The notes beneath the pieces were generated by a model. That model ran no database searches, was not told the origin of the DNA, and saw only the letters and a list, made by a program, of their open reading frames with translations. DNA of 64,000 nucleotides from Eledone cirrhosa (Eukaryota), in the NCBI GenBank assembly GCA_964016885.1, contig OZ024758.1, forward strand, positions 1,736,001 through 1,800,000. The letters are read 5' to 3'. Positions within the stretch are counted from its first letter, which is position 1; the number at the start of each line of letters is the position of its first letter. Shown here one piece after another: positions 1-24,600 of the stretch. Made by a program: the position numbers and the translations under genes.

Positions 1-30
1 TATTGTTTTGCTGTTTCTTGTTTTGTTATG

Positions 31-886
31 TTTGTTATAAGTACAGTTGGTATAGTAGTAGGTTTGTTATAAGTACAGTTGATATAGCAGTAGGTTTGTT
101 ATAAGTACAGTTGATATAGTAGTAGGTTTGTTATAAGTACTGTTGATATAGTGGTAGGTTTGTTATAAGTACAGTTGATATAGCAGTAGGTTTGTTATAA
201 GTACAGTTAATATAGCAGTAGGTTTGTTATAAGTACAGTTGATATAGTAGTAGGTTTGTTATAAGTACAGTTGATATAGCAGTAGGTTTGTTATAAGTAC
301 AGTTGATATAGTAGTAGGTTTGTTATAAGTACTGTTGATATAGTGGTAGGTTTGTTATAAGTACAGTTGATATAGCAATAGGTTTGTTATAAGTACAGTT
401 GATATAGTAGTAGGTTTGTTATAAGTACTGTTGATATAGTAGTAGGTTTGTTATAAGTACAGTTGATATAGTAGTAGGTTTGTTATAAGTACAGTTGATA
501 TAGTAGTAGGTTTGTTATAAGTACAGTTGATATAGTAGTAGGTTTGTTATAAGTACTGTTGATATAGTGGTAGGTTTGTTATAAGTACAGTTGATATAGC
601 AGTAGGTTTGTTATAAGTACAGTTGATATAGTAGTAGGTTTGTTATAAGTACTGTTGATATAGTAGTAGGTTTGTTATAAGTACAGTTGATATAGTAGTA
701 GGTTTGTTATAAGTACAGTTGATATAGTAGTAGGTTTGTTATAAGTACTGTTGATATAGTAGTAGGTTTGTTATAAGTACAGTTGATATAGTAGTAGGTT
801 TGTTATAAGTACAGTTGATATAGCAGTAGGTTTGTTATAAGTACAGTTGATATAGTAGTAGGTTTGTTATAAGTACAGTTGATATA
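31..886. repeat. 32-bp minisatellite, about 27 copies (TTTGTTATAAGTACAGTTGATATAGTAGTAGG)
   Basis: Visible tandem periodicity of 32 nt. Confidence 0.95.
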
Positions 887-1095
887 CCTGTCATGTTTTT
901 ATAGAAGGTAAAATACTTATTGATGTAAGGTAGTAGGTTTGTTTATTATTTTAAACTAAAGGAGACCAGCTAATTGACTAAGTAGTGAGTTGGACTAGAT
1001 ACCAATTGTTTAGTTCTCCATCTTTCCACATTCAAGACTTGCACATTTTTACTTTATCTTTAATCCATTTGGGTTGATAAAATAAGTACCTGTAA

Positions 1096-12707
<11,612 letters not shown>

Positions 12708-13813
12708 GGACTCACCTTTCCTTGCCACTTTTTTTTTCCCTCCCTGTTTCAAATTTGTAGATGATGATGATGATGCAAATACAACCCCCCTCAAAAAAAA
12801 TTTGAAAAGAAAAGAACACACAGCATTATTTTCTAATGCCACATCCATGGTTTTTTTCTTGTGTTAACACACAGGTTATAGGGAATGTCTCTACAAATGT
12901 TATTTCATGGGAATTGTTGAAGCAGTTTTTTGTCTACACCTCACCGTTTCTAACATTTAAACCAATAGAAGTAGTAATGGGTATTTTTTTTTTTTTTAAA
13001 TAAATTTAACTGGAGCAAGTGGATGATGTGTGGTGTATATAAACTTATTTCAGTTGATTTAAATTTGACAAAAAGTAAGCATGTTCACCTTTTTCACAGA
13101 GTGATTAGTGATAGAAAAAAGTATCCTGTTTCAAAGCCACTTTTAAACAACATTGTGTGTGTGTGTGTGTGTGTGTGCATGTGTATGTGTGTGTGCATGT
13201 GTATGTGTGTGCATGTAAATATTGAAATTTGCAGAATTATGTGACTCATACAAGGCCAGGAAAAGAAAGATAAAAAAGATGGATGTAAAAAAAAAACTAA
13301 AATAAAATAATGAAATTAAAAATTAATGAAATATTTATGAAAGTAAAAAATCTAATGATGTGAGTTGGTCGGACGAACCAACTTCTATTAAGATGAAAAT
13401 ATCAATTGTATTATTTTAAATGTGGAGAAATAAACTTGAAAAATAAAGAAATGTAAATCAAAAAAACAAACATGAGGTGGGGGTGGGTCTGTTGTTGAAG
13501 TATAAAATAATATAAATAAAGTAAAAAAAATTGTAACAAACTAATATTTGTCATAAAAATAAGGGGACACTCTTATGATGTGACATTTGTACAGTTTTAA
13601 CTTCTTTTTTTTTTTAAGCATTGAACTTTGATCAGTTTGAACTTTCTTCTTCTTCTACCTTTCCCTATTAGTTTAGTGTTAGAACCCTTAATATTTCGAC
13701 TGTATCCACAATTCTCTCTCTCTCTCATTTTGTAATATCATTTAGGGGAAGAGGGGTTTCTTTTGCTCAAAGATTAGATATCCAGGCACAGTGGAAAGGA
13801 TGTAATATTATTA

Positions 13814-14020
13814 GGGCAGTGGATTGGCAAAATCGGTAGAGCGTCGGACAAATTTAGTTATGGTCCTTTATGTTCTGAGTTCAAATCCCGCCGAGGTTAG
13901 CTTTACCTTTCATCCTTACGGGGTCGATAAAATAAAGTACCAGTAATGTACTGGAGTTGATTTAATCGATTTTCTCCGCCTCCAAAATTGCTGGCTTTGT
14001 GTCTATAGTAGAAATTATTA
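13814..14020 (+). mobile_element. tRNA-derived SINE family A (representative copy)
   Basis: A-box-like TGGCA..ATCGGTAGAG, B-box GAGTTCAAATCCC, body CTTTCATCCTTACGGGGTCGATAAAATAAAGTACCAG, (ATT)n tail. Copies near 14484-14700, 22995-23195 (-), 27898-28085, 28275-28430 (-), 28445-28655 (-), 30079-30188, 31641-31826, 36043-36236, 39470-39568, 40508-40673 (-), 44520-44705 (-), 46781-46921 (-), 55322-55510, 57740-57925 (-), 57980-58160, 59650-59830 (-), 60225-60365. Confidence 0.85.
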
Positions 14021-14254
14021 TGATTGGTCATCGTTATCATTTTCCTTCGATTTAGTTGACTCTCCCCCCCCCCCCCATTGCTGGCCTTGTGCCTCAAGTA
14101 GAAACAGTTATTATTATTTATATTGCTATAACTAAGTCTAGGTGTCAGGCCTGTTGCTACGGTGTCAGGCCTGTTGCTATGTAATTCCCTACTGCTTAAG
14201 ATCACATCTCCACCCATTTCCCTTATGGTTATTGTAATTATAACATTTTGTTGT

Positions 14255-14365
14255 GGTGGGTACTGTCATGTGGTAACGTGATGTGTACCTTCATGTGGTG
14301 GGTACTGTCATGTGGTAACGTGATGTGTACCTTCATGTGGTGGGTGCTGTCATGTGGCAACACAT
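14255..14365. repeat. 42-bp tandem repeat, about 2.6 copies
   Basis: GTGGTGGGTACTGTCATGTGGTAACGTGATGTGTACCTTCAT repeated. Confidence 0.85.
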
Positions 14366-16789
14366 GGGATAACCTGCTTCTGATTCCCAGTCAAGTTATG
14401 TCACTTATGTCACCAACACCTTTGAGAAAAATCACAACTCCATATTTAAATAAATATCGGTGTAAGAAACTATTATTATTATTAGGGCGGAGGATTGGCA
14501 GCATCAGTAGAGTTGGATACCATGCTTCATAGTATAGAGTTAAGGCCCTTTACGTTCTGAGTTCAAATCTAGCCGAGGTTAACTTTGCCTTTCATCCTTA
14601 CAGGATCGATAAAATAAAGTGCCAGTAATGCACTGGGGTCTATTTAATCGACCCCCCCCCATTTCTGGCCTTGTGCCTATATAAGAAATTATTATTATTA
14701 TTATTATTATTAGTTGTCAGTGTTATCATTTTACCTCCATTAGAAATCAAACAAATGTACAGAATTTGGGTAAAAATCTGAGAATTAGAGTTAAAATGTT
14801 ATTCACTGATCACTCTAGAAATATCTTGTCACTGCCAATTATTTCAGATCTTCCAAATATATTTCACCTGCTACTCCTCTAAGTTTTGTGTGGAAAATAT
14901 TTCTGTATTTAATGTATAACCTGAAGAATTCTAACTTCTAATTACATGTGTGTGTTTAAGTAGCATAGAGGAGAACAGCTCTTGCCAGCTTCTTCCTAAT
15001 TTTAATGTATATATATACATCGATGGATAAGGTTCAGTTAGTAGCAAGCTAGAATATATTATTAAATGTTCCTCTTTGTTCTGAGTTGAAGTCAATCTTA
15101 TTGGAGTTTATTTTATCTTTACTCTCTCCGCTTCCATTGTTAAAATAATAGAGATTAGCTGATATCAAATGCATTGTTTTCCCTTATACAATTGACCTGA
15201 GCTTATGAAATTGTTTTCATTATTATTTTTAAAGGGTGGTAGATTGGCATTGTCGGACACCATGCTTTGCAGCATAGTTTCAGCCCTTTATGTTCTGTAT
15301 TTTGAATAGATTCTTCAATTCATCTATTTGCATTTTTGGTTGGTTTCTTTTGTGACGAATATTTTATAATAGTTCTGCATAATAAGCATTAAATTCCATT
15401 TCTTGTTGAATGGCGCCATAATAAATGAAAGTTGCTTGTTCCAACTTTGTACTGAAATTCAATGAGTTGTTTATGTGAAATCCAGTTCAAATGAATTTTT
15501 TCTAGAATTAGTGTGACAGCGTTTGGCTAGGTTTTTATTGTAACATAAGTTTTTAAATTATTACTATGTTCCTGAATGTCTGACGTATTTTAATACTCGC
15601 TTCATTCAGTACATTTACATGTATGAAGATTGTTTTAAAATGGTTGTGTATCTCTGGACATCAACCGAGGAATGTGACCAAAACAAAAATCAATGGAAAA
15701 ATGGGGGGAGGTCAGCTTATATAGGGTGAACATAAAGTTATAAATCTTTATTAAGCAAAACAAGATAGAAAAACAGGTTTTGGTACACTTATATCATGTC
15801 CAGAAGTGGTTTTTAATTCACACCTGAACTTCAACATGGGGCCCATTCATCACATCTCAGTGATATTCAATTTCTCGCCATGGAAAAAACTTTATCCTCA
15901 TCCTGTATACGCCATCTGTGTTGGCTAGCTACCTCAGCTTATAAATGGGGTTTGGATATTTGCCCATTTCTCAGGCATAAAATAGAGGGGTTCAGCTTAT
16001 ATTTGACTATATACAGTATATATATTGTGGGTCAGAGTAGAGCCAACCTTGTAAATGTTTCTCCCATGATGACTAGTGCAATCCTTTCCCACCTGAAAAC
16101 CAATCAATTAAATATCTAGTCAGTCCGTCATATCCCCCCCCCCCCTTTTTGTTATCATTTCTTCCTTAAGGCCACCATTGGATTTACTGTTATTCAGTAT
16201 TTCTTCTGTCTTGAGATAAAGAATGTTGATGCTCGTGAGGGATCTTCTCCACCCACTTATTCCTGAGAGGGTCGTGGGGGAGGCGAGAGGAATCTAATTA
16301 GCATAATTTTAGTCCCCCTTTTTTTTTTTCGTTGAATAAGATTATTAAATGTAATAACGGGGGCTAGTTGACTGTAAAATTAGATTAACTCAACTCTGTT
16401 TTATTTTTAACCAAATTCAAGAATGGGTTTGTCAATCACAACCCAAAAAGAGCTCTAGGCTATTTCTGTATTTCGTTCCAATATGGCAGGAAGTTGATAT
16501 GTAAGCAATATTTGATCAACGTTGTTAAACAGGCTTTGTTTTAAATTCAGTTTTATTTTACATTCAATAGATACAACTCAAAACATTCGTTGGCATCATG
16601 TTCTAAAAAAAAATTGATAATTTCTAAAAGTCATAATAGCAGAAATTCCTTATCGTGTTCAATATATAAGTACGATAGTGGGCTGTAAACTTTTCAATAG
16701 CTATAAACTTAATGTTGGGTTCCTTCATTGTTTAGATAGCCTCTCACTTAATCCATCACGTTCTTGATTTTCTTCTCAAACTTGCTGAT

Positions 16790-16880
16790 TGACGTTTGTA
16801 CATTACCCTATGTACTATACATACACTTTTTGATGAGTTGTAGTGCACCTGAGCACTGTACACAATATTTCATTGTTATT
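16790..16880 (+). mobile_element. 3' end of a non-LTR retrotransposon with (ATT)n tail (representative copy)
   Basis: TGATGAGTTGTAGTGCACCTGAGCACTGTACACAATA..TTCATT(ATT)n recurs at 19195-19275 (-), 19566-19665 (-), 30909-30958 (+), 40260-40308 (-), 59137-59220 (-), with variable 5' truncation. Confidence 0.65.
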
Positions 16881-17569
16881 ATAGCAGCCAAATTCTTTAT
16901 CCATTAGTTTGATATCTTAACTCACATCTTCATACATCTAGTTTTCCCCTTCATCTCTATTTCTGCCATGATTTAGTTAGAAAAGAGTTACACGTATTTA
17001 CCTTCTCTTATGGTTTCTTTAAACGTATAATATACATATAGCTGCTACAATGGAAAAAAAATAAAGCTACATATAATTTCTCGTCTCTTTTTTTATGTAA
17101 TACATAAATTGTGTGTATGTATATTTTGTTTAATCCTGTTTTTACTTGTTTAATAACGTAACATTGTAATTAAACTGGATTAAGATAAGGAAAAAATGTA
17201 TCTAGTAACTTGAAATGTGTGATATTAAGACGGGCACCAGTTTGGGACAGATTAAGAAGCTATTATATCTAGTAAGTTGGAGTGTGTGTGTATATATGAT
17301 ATTGAGACAGGCACCAGTTGGGGATAGAGAGCAAGCTATTTATATCTAGTAACTTTGAGTGTATATATATTAAAGCAGGCACCAAATATGTTCTTATTTT
17401 AGATGTATTTTGTCATCTGTCTATACATAAACACATACGTGTACAAATGTCTACCCTGTGTTATATCCCTGTTGAATACTTGGTTATTCTTTGTAATGTA
17501 AAACAATGGACCTTGTAGGAAATCTTAATAAAGAGAGACTTCAGTTTTGACTAAGCTAATAATATATAT

Positions 17570-17850
17570 GAAGGTGCATGGCTAAGTGGTTGTGAAGTTC
17601 GATTCTCGGAGCAGGTGATGCGTTGTGTCCTTGAACAAGACACTATTTCACGTTCTCCAGTTTACTCAGCTACAGAAATGAGCTGTATCGGCCATTGCCT
17701 TTCCCTTGGACACCGTTGGTAATGTGGAGAGGGGAGACTGGTATGCATGGATGACTGCTGGTCTTCCACAAACAACCTTGCTCGGACTTGGCCTCAGAGG
17801 GGAACTTTCTAGGTGCAAATCCCTCCCATTGGTCATTTGTGACGAAAGGG
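17570..17850 (+). mobile_element. tRNA-derived CORE-like SINE family B (representative copy)
   Basis: TGGCT.AGTGGTT..GTTCGATTC head followed by GTTGTGTCCTTGA.CAAGACACT (MIR/CORE-like). Copies near 9350-9600, 25580-25795 (-), 33260-33405 (-), 45152-45420. Confidence 0.7.
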
Positions 17851-18566
17851 GGGGGGGGGGGTCTTTACTCTTTACCCATATATATGTGTGTATATTAGCA
17901 AAAGAAACACTAGTTCCTTCAAATATGGGATCAATTTTAAAGAAAAGTTAGTGATAGAAAAAAATACAAGGTCAGTCAGAAATTAAATGAAACTAACTTT
18001 ACAGAATAGAATAGTGAAGATAAGTTATGACTAACATTTACTCATCATTTTGTACAGATTCTTATTAAGAGGATACGACAAGAAAAGGATCAAAAATACA
18101 ATTGTTAGTCCTCAGTCTAAGATTGAAGTGACTTCCCATTTACATATGTGCAATTTCTTGATATAATTATTATAACAATGAATAAAAATTGAGAAATATA
18201 GCCGTTTGGTTTCTGTAACTTATTTAAATTTTGTTTAACCCTTTAGCATTAAAACCAGTCATATCTAGCCAGAATTCTCTCACCTCTTTCTGCCACTTAT
18301 ACTGATAAGGTATTGTTCCCAAAATAATATCAAAATCTCATACATTTGATATGTGAGATAAAGCCTTTACTGTGAAAGTATAGTAGTAAATATAAAGTAG
18401 TCTAAATGCTAAAGGGTTAAACTGGCTGTATCCGGCCAGAATTCTTTTACCTCTCAGTTCAAACGGGCTGTAACCGGCTGCTCATACTGATGTTAAGATA
18501 TTGTTCTCAAAATCTTATAGATTTGATATTATGCAAGATAAAGTCTTTACCTTGAGATAGTATATA

Positions 18567-18796
18567 CAGCATGTCCCCCTCAAATGTATACACACTTGAC
18601 AGCAAAAAAAAAAAAAAAATGCATTAAAATAAATTGTTTTATATGCATTATTTAAATTATGTAAATATTTTTGGGTGTTTACATACAATTGAATTATGTC
18701 TGAAGATCATTTTATTTTGGCGAAAATTTGTGTATTCTAATAGATATTGTCTGTACAGGTAATCAGAGTATGTATACATTTTTGGAGGACACCCTG
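18567..18796. mobile_element. Tc1-like MITE nested inside a piggyBac-like MITE
   Basis: TIRs CAGCATGTCCCCCTCAAATGTATACA / TGTATACATTTTTGGAGGACACCCTG interrupt the host MITE at its TATA tract. Confidence 0.65.
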
Positions 18797-19080
18797 TTTA
18801 GAGTAATGTAAATGATAATGGGTTAATGATATATTTGGTGTTATTTTGTAACAGCTGACAAAACCTATTAACCAGCAACAGCAAGAAAAACGACAACAAT
18901 ACTTTTAATTGTCTTTTAATGCTTCAAAGTTATATATAGGTTGAAAATGTAATATTCTGCATAAAATATTCCAGATTAAAGAGCATTCAGGTTGACAGTA
19001 TATAATTATCAAGATTAGATGATTGAAATTGCAGCTGAAACCATGACATGCCTGAGTTCTTTATTCCTGCGGAGTAATTA

Positions 19081-21569
19081 TTAATGTTCAAATGTTGTTA
19101 AAAATTCTTGATAAGCAGTTTCTGACATCAACTGATCTACTTCACTTTTGTCACTCACCTCAACCTTCATCAGCCATCCTGAAATCATAAACAATAATAT
19201 AACAATGAAAATTATTGTGTACAGTGCTCAGGTGCACTACAACTCATCAAAGGTGCATGTATAGTACATAGAATAATTATTTCTACTTTAAGCACAAACC
19301 CAACAATTGCTCCAGTTGCAAAATGAGAAATATTACAAATCAATAAATTATTGAAAAGCTGAAAAAGAAAAATTGATCAGTATTAAAAAAAATGTGTTAC
19401 CTTTGTCAAAAGGAGATTCGTTAATTAGACTTGGAGTATCAATTACATCTGAGTTGGTTTCTTTAACTGTTCCAGACATTGGAATATAGAGTTCACTAAC
19501 AGATTTTACACTTTCAATCTCACCACACTGCTCTATAAAAGACAGAAGGAAATTAACAAGTCATATAATAATAATGAAAATTGTGTACAGTGCTCAGGTG
19601 CACTACAACTCATCAAGGGTGCATATATAGTACATAGAATAATGTACAAATGTCAGGAAAGTGAACTATATGAAAAAAAGGTTGGGGAGTAGACTAGTCC
19701 CTATATCTCGGGGTGTCGAAACATAATACAGAGTTTGGCACCATTAACCCTTTCATTTCCAGATTTTTAACAAAAGACACTGACTATAATTTTCAAATTT
19801 TGGAAATAATCAAGAATTTGGTGGGATTAAAGTAATATAACTAAAACCTTTTCATTATTAAGTTGGTACTCTTACAAAACCATAAAAACCATACTTGGTC
19901 TAAGAGCTGAAGAGGTTAAAAGATGGTTGTGTGATCTTGTTTCATCCATTTTCTTCCTTTGCTCTTGTTTTCCTATCACTTCTGCAGGCCAACATACTTC
20001 TAGCTGCTGAATTCTGGCCTTTCTAAGTCTGTCAGTGTCATAAAAATGGTTCCATTGCATAGTATTATCTTGCCTACAACATAGGAAAGTACCCACCACT
20101 TTTCACATTAGATAAAATTTATCATCATCATCAAGATTATATGACCAATATAAAGGAGCACCAAACTTACCCCCTGTCTTTAACTCTGTTCCAATATCAG
20201 GTAACGATACGAAAACTATTTCACCAATAGCATCCTGTTAAAAAAATAAAGAACAAGAAATCTCAAAAGATATAAAAAAGATGTTTCTTTAGTATTTACA
20301 TTACTCTATATTTACTATATATACTATTATACATGGTAAACGCTTTCCCTCACATAAATATCTCACATAATATCGAATCTATGAGATTTATTTATTTGGA
20401 GTACAATATCTTAACATAAGTATGAGCAGCTAGTTATGGCCAGTTTGAACAGAAAAAGGTGAGAGAATTCTGGTTGGATACGGCCGGTTTAAATGCTAAG
20501 GGTTAATAATAGAGATGCAACTTTGTAAGAGGCCAGTTAAACCTCAGGTGTCAGCTGTAAATTACATTTCATTTCAGTTTTATTTTTGACCACTGGTCAC
20601 TGATTTCTGTCCTTTGAGGTATTTTTACCTGTTATTGATGGCATTTGGCTGTTTTAACAGTTATTCTTCAGTTCAGTTTTCAAATACACTCAATGCTTCG
20701 TCTCAATTTTCGAGACATCAATGTTTTATTTATTTCATTTTTGTCATTTCAAAACTCCCAGATGCTGCTGGGCGGTGAACATGTGAGCCCCATTTGCTTA
20801 TAATGGTGAGAGATGGAAGCAGTGACAGTGGGAGTTTGGTTCCTTTGTGTTTGGACTTGGTGAATAGAAGAGATTGAAGCAGTGATAGTGGGAGTTTGGA
20901 CCTGGTCTATATGTATATATTTATTTACCACATTAAAAATATGGTAATGAAAAGGTCCATTTCTTTTCTAAACCAGTTGCATGGTGATACACTTAACATT
21001 GTCTTTCTGTTGATAACAAGTTGGAAGTAAATCTTTGGTGAACTGAGAAGCTTAGAATTACATGTCTTGCCAAAATGCCTCTATGGATTTGAACAAGATT
21101 TTTGGGTTGGTGGTTCAATATTATGTCCACTTGGCATATTTAGTAGTTGAGACAGTGTGACATCCTGTTAAGTCATCAAAGAGAGAGACAGCTGTATATA
21201 ATGTAAATATGATGCAGATTATAAGTTTAGGAACTTAACCTTCTAAGTTAAAATATTTCAGTAGTTTATCTGTCAATATATTAAAATATGAGAAATTGTA
21301 AAGAGGATAGTTCCAAGAATTACTGATTTAACCCAGCCGTATCTGGCTAGAATTCTCACCTCTTTCTGTTCAAACCAGCTGTAACGAGCCATTCATACTG
21401 ATGTTAAGGTATTCTCAAAATAAATAATATCAAAATCTCAGATTCGATACTATGTGAGGTAAAGACTTTACCGTGAAAATACAATAGTATATATAGAATA
21501 ACGTAAATGCTAAAGGGTTAATTAACCCTTTAGCATTTAAACCGGCTGTATCCGGCCAGAATTCTCTCA

Positions 21570-21654
<85 letters not shown>

Positions 21655-24600
21655 TGTTCACTGTATATAAATTTTTACCCAAGTGTATGTGTGTGTATAG
21701 ATATAGATATGTTTTACCCAAGAGTGTACATGTGTGTGTGTGTGTATATATATATATGTGTGTGTGTGTGTATGTGTTATGGAAGTGCCAGGAAATGTGG
21801 ATGAGACCAACGAGAGCTGACAAGCAATGAGTGTGGGAGAGCTTGTCTCAGCAAAGTTGGATTAAAGAATCACAAAAGGAGACAGGTAGAATGAGCTGAT
21901 GGAGATTATGTTGATACATATGGTATAACAATCTGCCATCAATGTTAAAGACTACCAAACAGCATGTAGTAAATATTACTTTAATCCTTTTACCACCATA
22001 TTTCTAATAAAAGACACCGCCTATAATCTTGTATAATTTTGAAAATAATCAAGATTTAATAATATATCAAAACTATGAGATTTTGATATTATTTATTTTG
22101 AGAATAATACATTGACATCAGTATGAGTGACCTACATGATAGGAGGCCAGCTAAACCTGCTTAGGTGTGAGCTATAAATTTCATTTTCAGTTCAATACAC
22201 ACTGTAAACGTGGTTTGGTGTTAGGAAGGGCATCCAGCTGTAAAATCTCAGGCCAAATTTACAGTCCTGTCAGAGCAAGGTACGGTGTGGTCAATTCTAG
22301 CCAGACTTCTCTCCTGATGTGGATGACATGTTTAACCCATGCATGTATGGAAAAATGGACATCAAATGGTGGTGATGATGATGATGATGATGACAGTCTA
22401 TGTTTTGTGTATGGTACAGTGATTAATAATTGCAAGACTATCCAGGTGTAAAAATATTCAACATTTCTTACCTGAGCATATTGAGAAATCCCAACAGTAC
22501 CAACACCATTATTTATGGAGATCCACTCATGAGACTTGTTATAGAATCTCTCTGGAAATAAGAAAAAACTGTTAAACCGAGAATTGAGAAATGAATAAAA
22601 AAAAATGATAGATTATTGGAAATTGAACATCAGATTTGTGTGAGACTAATCAATACCACAAGTCCTGTAACTCCTGAGGGAGTGATAGGAGAACCATATT
22701 GACATACATTTCTAGGGCATTATTACACCTGGCGGAGACCATCTGCCCCCCTGGTGTAAATACAGCAGAGAAGGAAAGAAATAAGAGAGAGGAATTGAGA
22801 AAGAGATATAGAGGAAGAATCGACCCCAGTATTAGACGGGAATTTTTTTTTATCGACCTTGATTGGATTTGAACTCGGAGAGCAGAGAACCGAAGTGAAC
22901 CCCACAAACCATTTTATCCGACGTTCTAACTCTGCCAATTCACCAACTAACAAACATATCACAGGGAAGCATCAAACTATAAATAACACCCTAGGTTTCT
23001 GATTTAGGCACAAGGCCAATAATTTTGGGGGGGGGGGGAAAGTCGATTAAATTGACCCCAGTGCATTACTGGAACTTATTTTATCAACCCTGTAAGGATG
23101 AAAGGCAAAATTAACCTCAGCAAGATTTGAATTCAGAAGGTTAAGGGCCGTAACTATGCTGCAAAGCACGTTAACCATCACTCTACCGATTCTGTGAATA
23201 ATAATAATAATAGTTATATAATCTGAGTGAAAATAGGCCAACTAACTTTATTAAGTTAGAAACATTTCCCAGTGTCTTAGTTTCTGCACTGTTGACCTAT
23301 TTTCTCAGAAATACACATTTAACCACGAACAACTTCAATACTGTTAATAAACAAAAGAAAATAATAAAGAAAAAAAATATGAGCTGATAACAAAATAATG
23401 AAAAAGTAATAAATAATAAAATTAAATAAAAACTAAAAAGTTGGCATGAAGATAATGTTATGTAACCCTGACATCTAAAGCTGAGCAAGAAAAACTTTCA
23501 TAAGGTGACTTTTAGTGGAGGAAATAATCTAGATATGTTTCATACAGTTCTTTTACTGGTTCCATCGAGTCTACCAAATTGGGGGCGCAGTGCTTACAGT
23601 CTAACATGTCAGGCGTGGGGTGGGGCAGTACTTACAGTCTAACATGTCAGGGGTGGGGAGGGGCAGTACTTACAGTCTAACATGTCAGGGGTGGGGAGGG
23701 GCAGTACTTACAGTCTAACATGTCAGGGGTGGGGAGGGACAGTACTTACAATCCAAGTCAGGACCCAGTAATTATTGTGGTTCCAGTCTACCTTGTCAGG
23801 GGACCAGTACTTACAGTAATTATTGTGGCGATTAATTAGTTCTGTAATTAATTTATCAGCTCTTAATTGTTGAACTGTTAAGTTACAGAGTATAAACCAA
23901 CACTCACTATATACACATATATATAGTGCCAGGCAATGACACACGACCGTCACCTCTGGTGTCACACAGTAATACAGAAGACCCGACCCCCCACGGGTAC
24001 AAGCCGAAGCATATAGATAATATGCCCCCACATCCTCCCACTGCAAAGTGGTCGTGGTGGTGCCACGGCAAAAAAGCACCCAGCCCACACTGTAAATGAG
24101 GTTGGTGTTAGGAAGGGCATCCAGCTGTAGAAATCAAGCCAGAATCAGTTCCCATATGAGCAAAACAAGGTCAGCCGAGTGGACACTGCCCACAACAGGA
24201 CAACCCGTCTAACCCATGCTAGCGTGGAAGAATGGACGTAAAACGGTGATGATGATATATAATGCCAGCACATACATATATATATATGTATATATATATA
24301 GTGCCAACACATACATATATGTGTATATAGTCCCAACACATACATATATATGTATTGGCACCTTAGCTTAATGGTTAAAGCGTCTGAAAGATATGGGATT
24401 CAATTCATAGCAGCTGATGACAACTTCTTTTGTCCAGCCCATGCTAGCATGGAAAAGCGGACGTGAAGATGATGATGTATGAATATATGCTGGTATCCAC
24501 TTGTTAATGGTAGGGCCGTTAGAACTCAATACAGATTTGATGAGATGGTTTTAACGAAATTAGGCAGTGAGAGCTTAGATTTTGTAGTAGGATCTCATCA

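Noticed and set aside
31-886. 32-bp repeat as a CRISPR array
   Set aside because: No spacers; ordinary minisatellite.
13814-13895. tRNA genes at SINE heads (also 33335-33405 and 45152-45220)
   Set aside because: A and B boxes are present but there is no cloverleaf, and each continues into a repeated SINE body.
15380-15920. Possible gene between Miro and GCSH
   Set aside because: No coherent spliced ORF found; looks like decayed DNA-transposon sequence, too degenerate to call.
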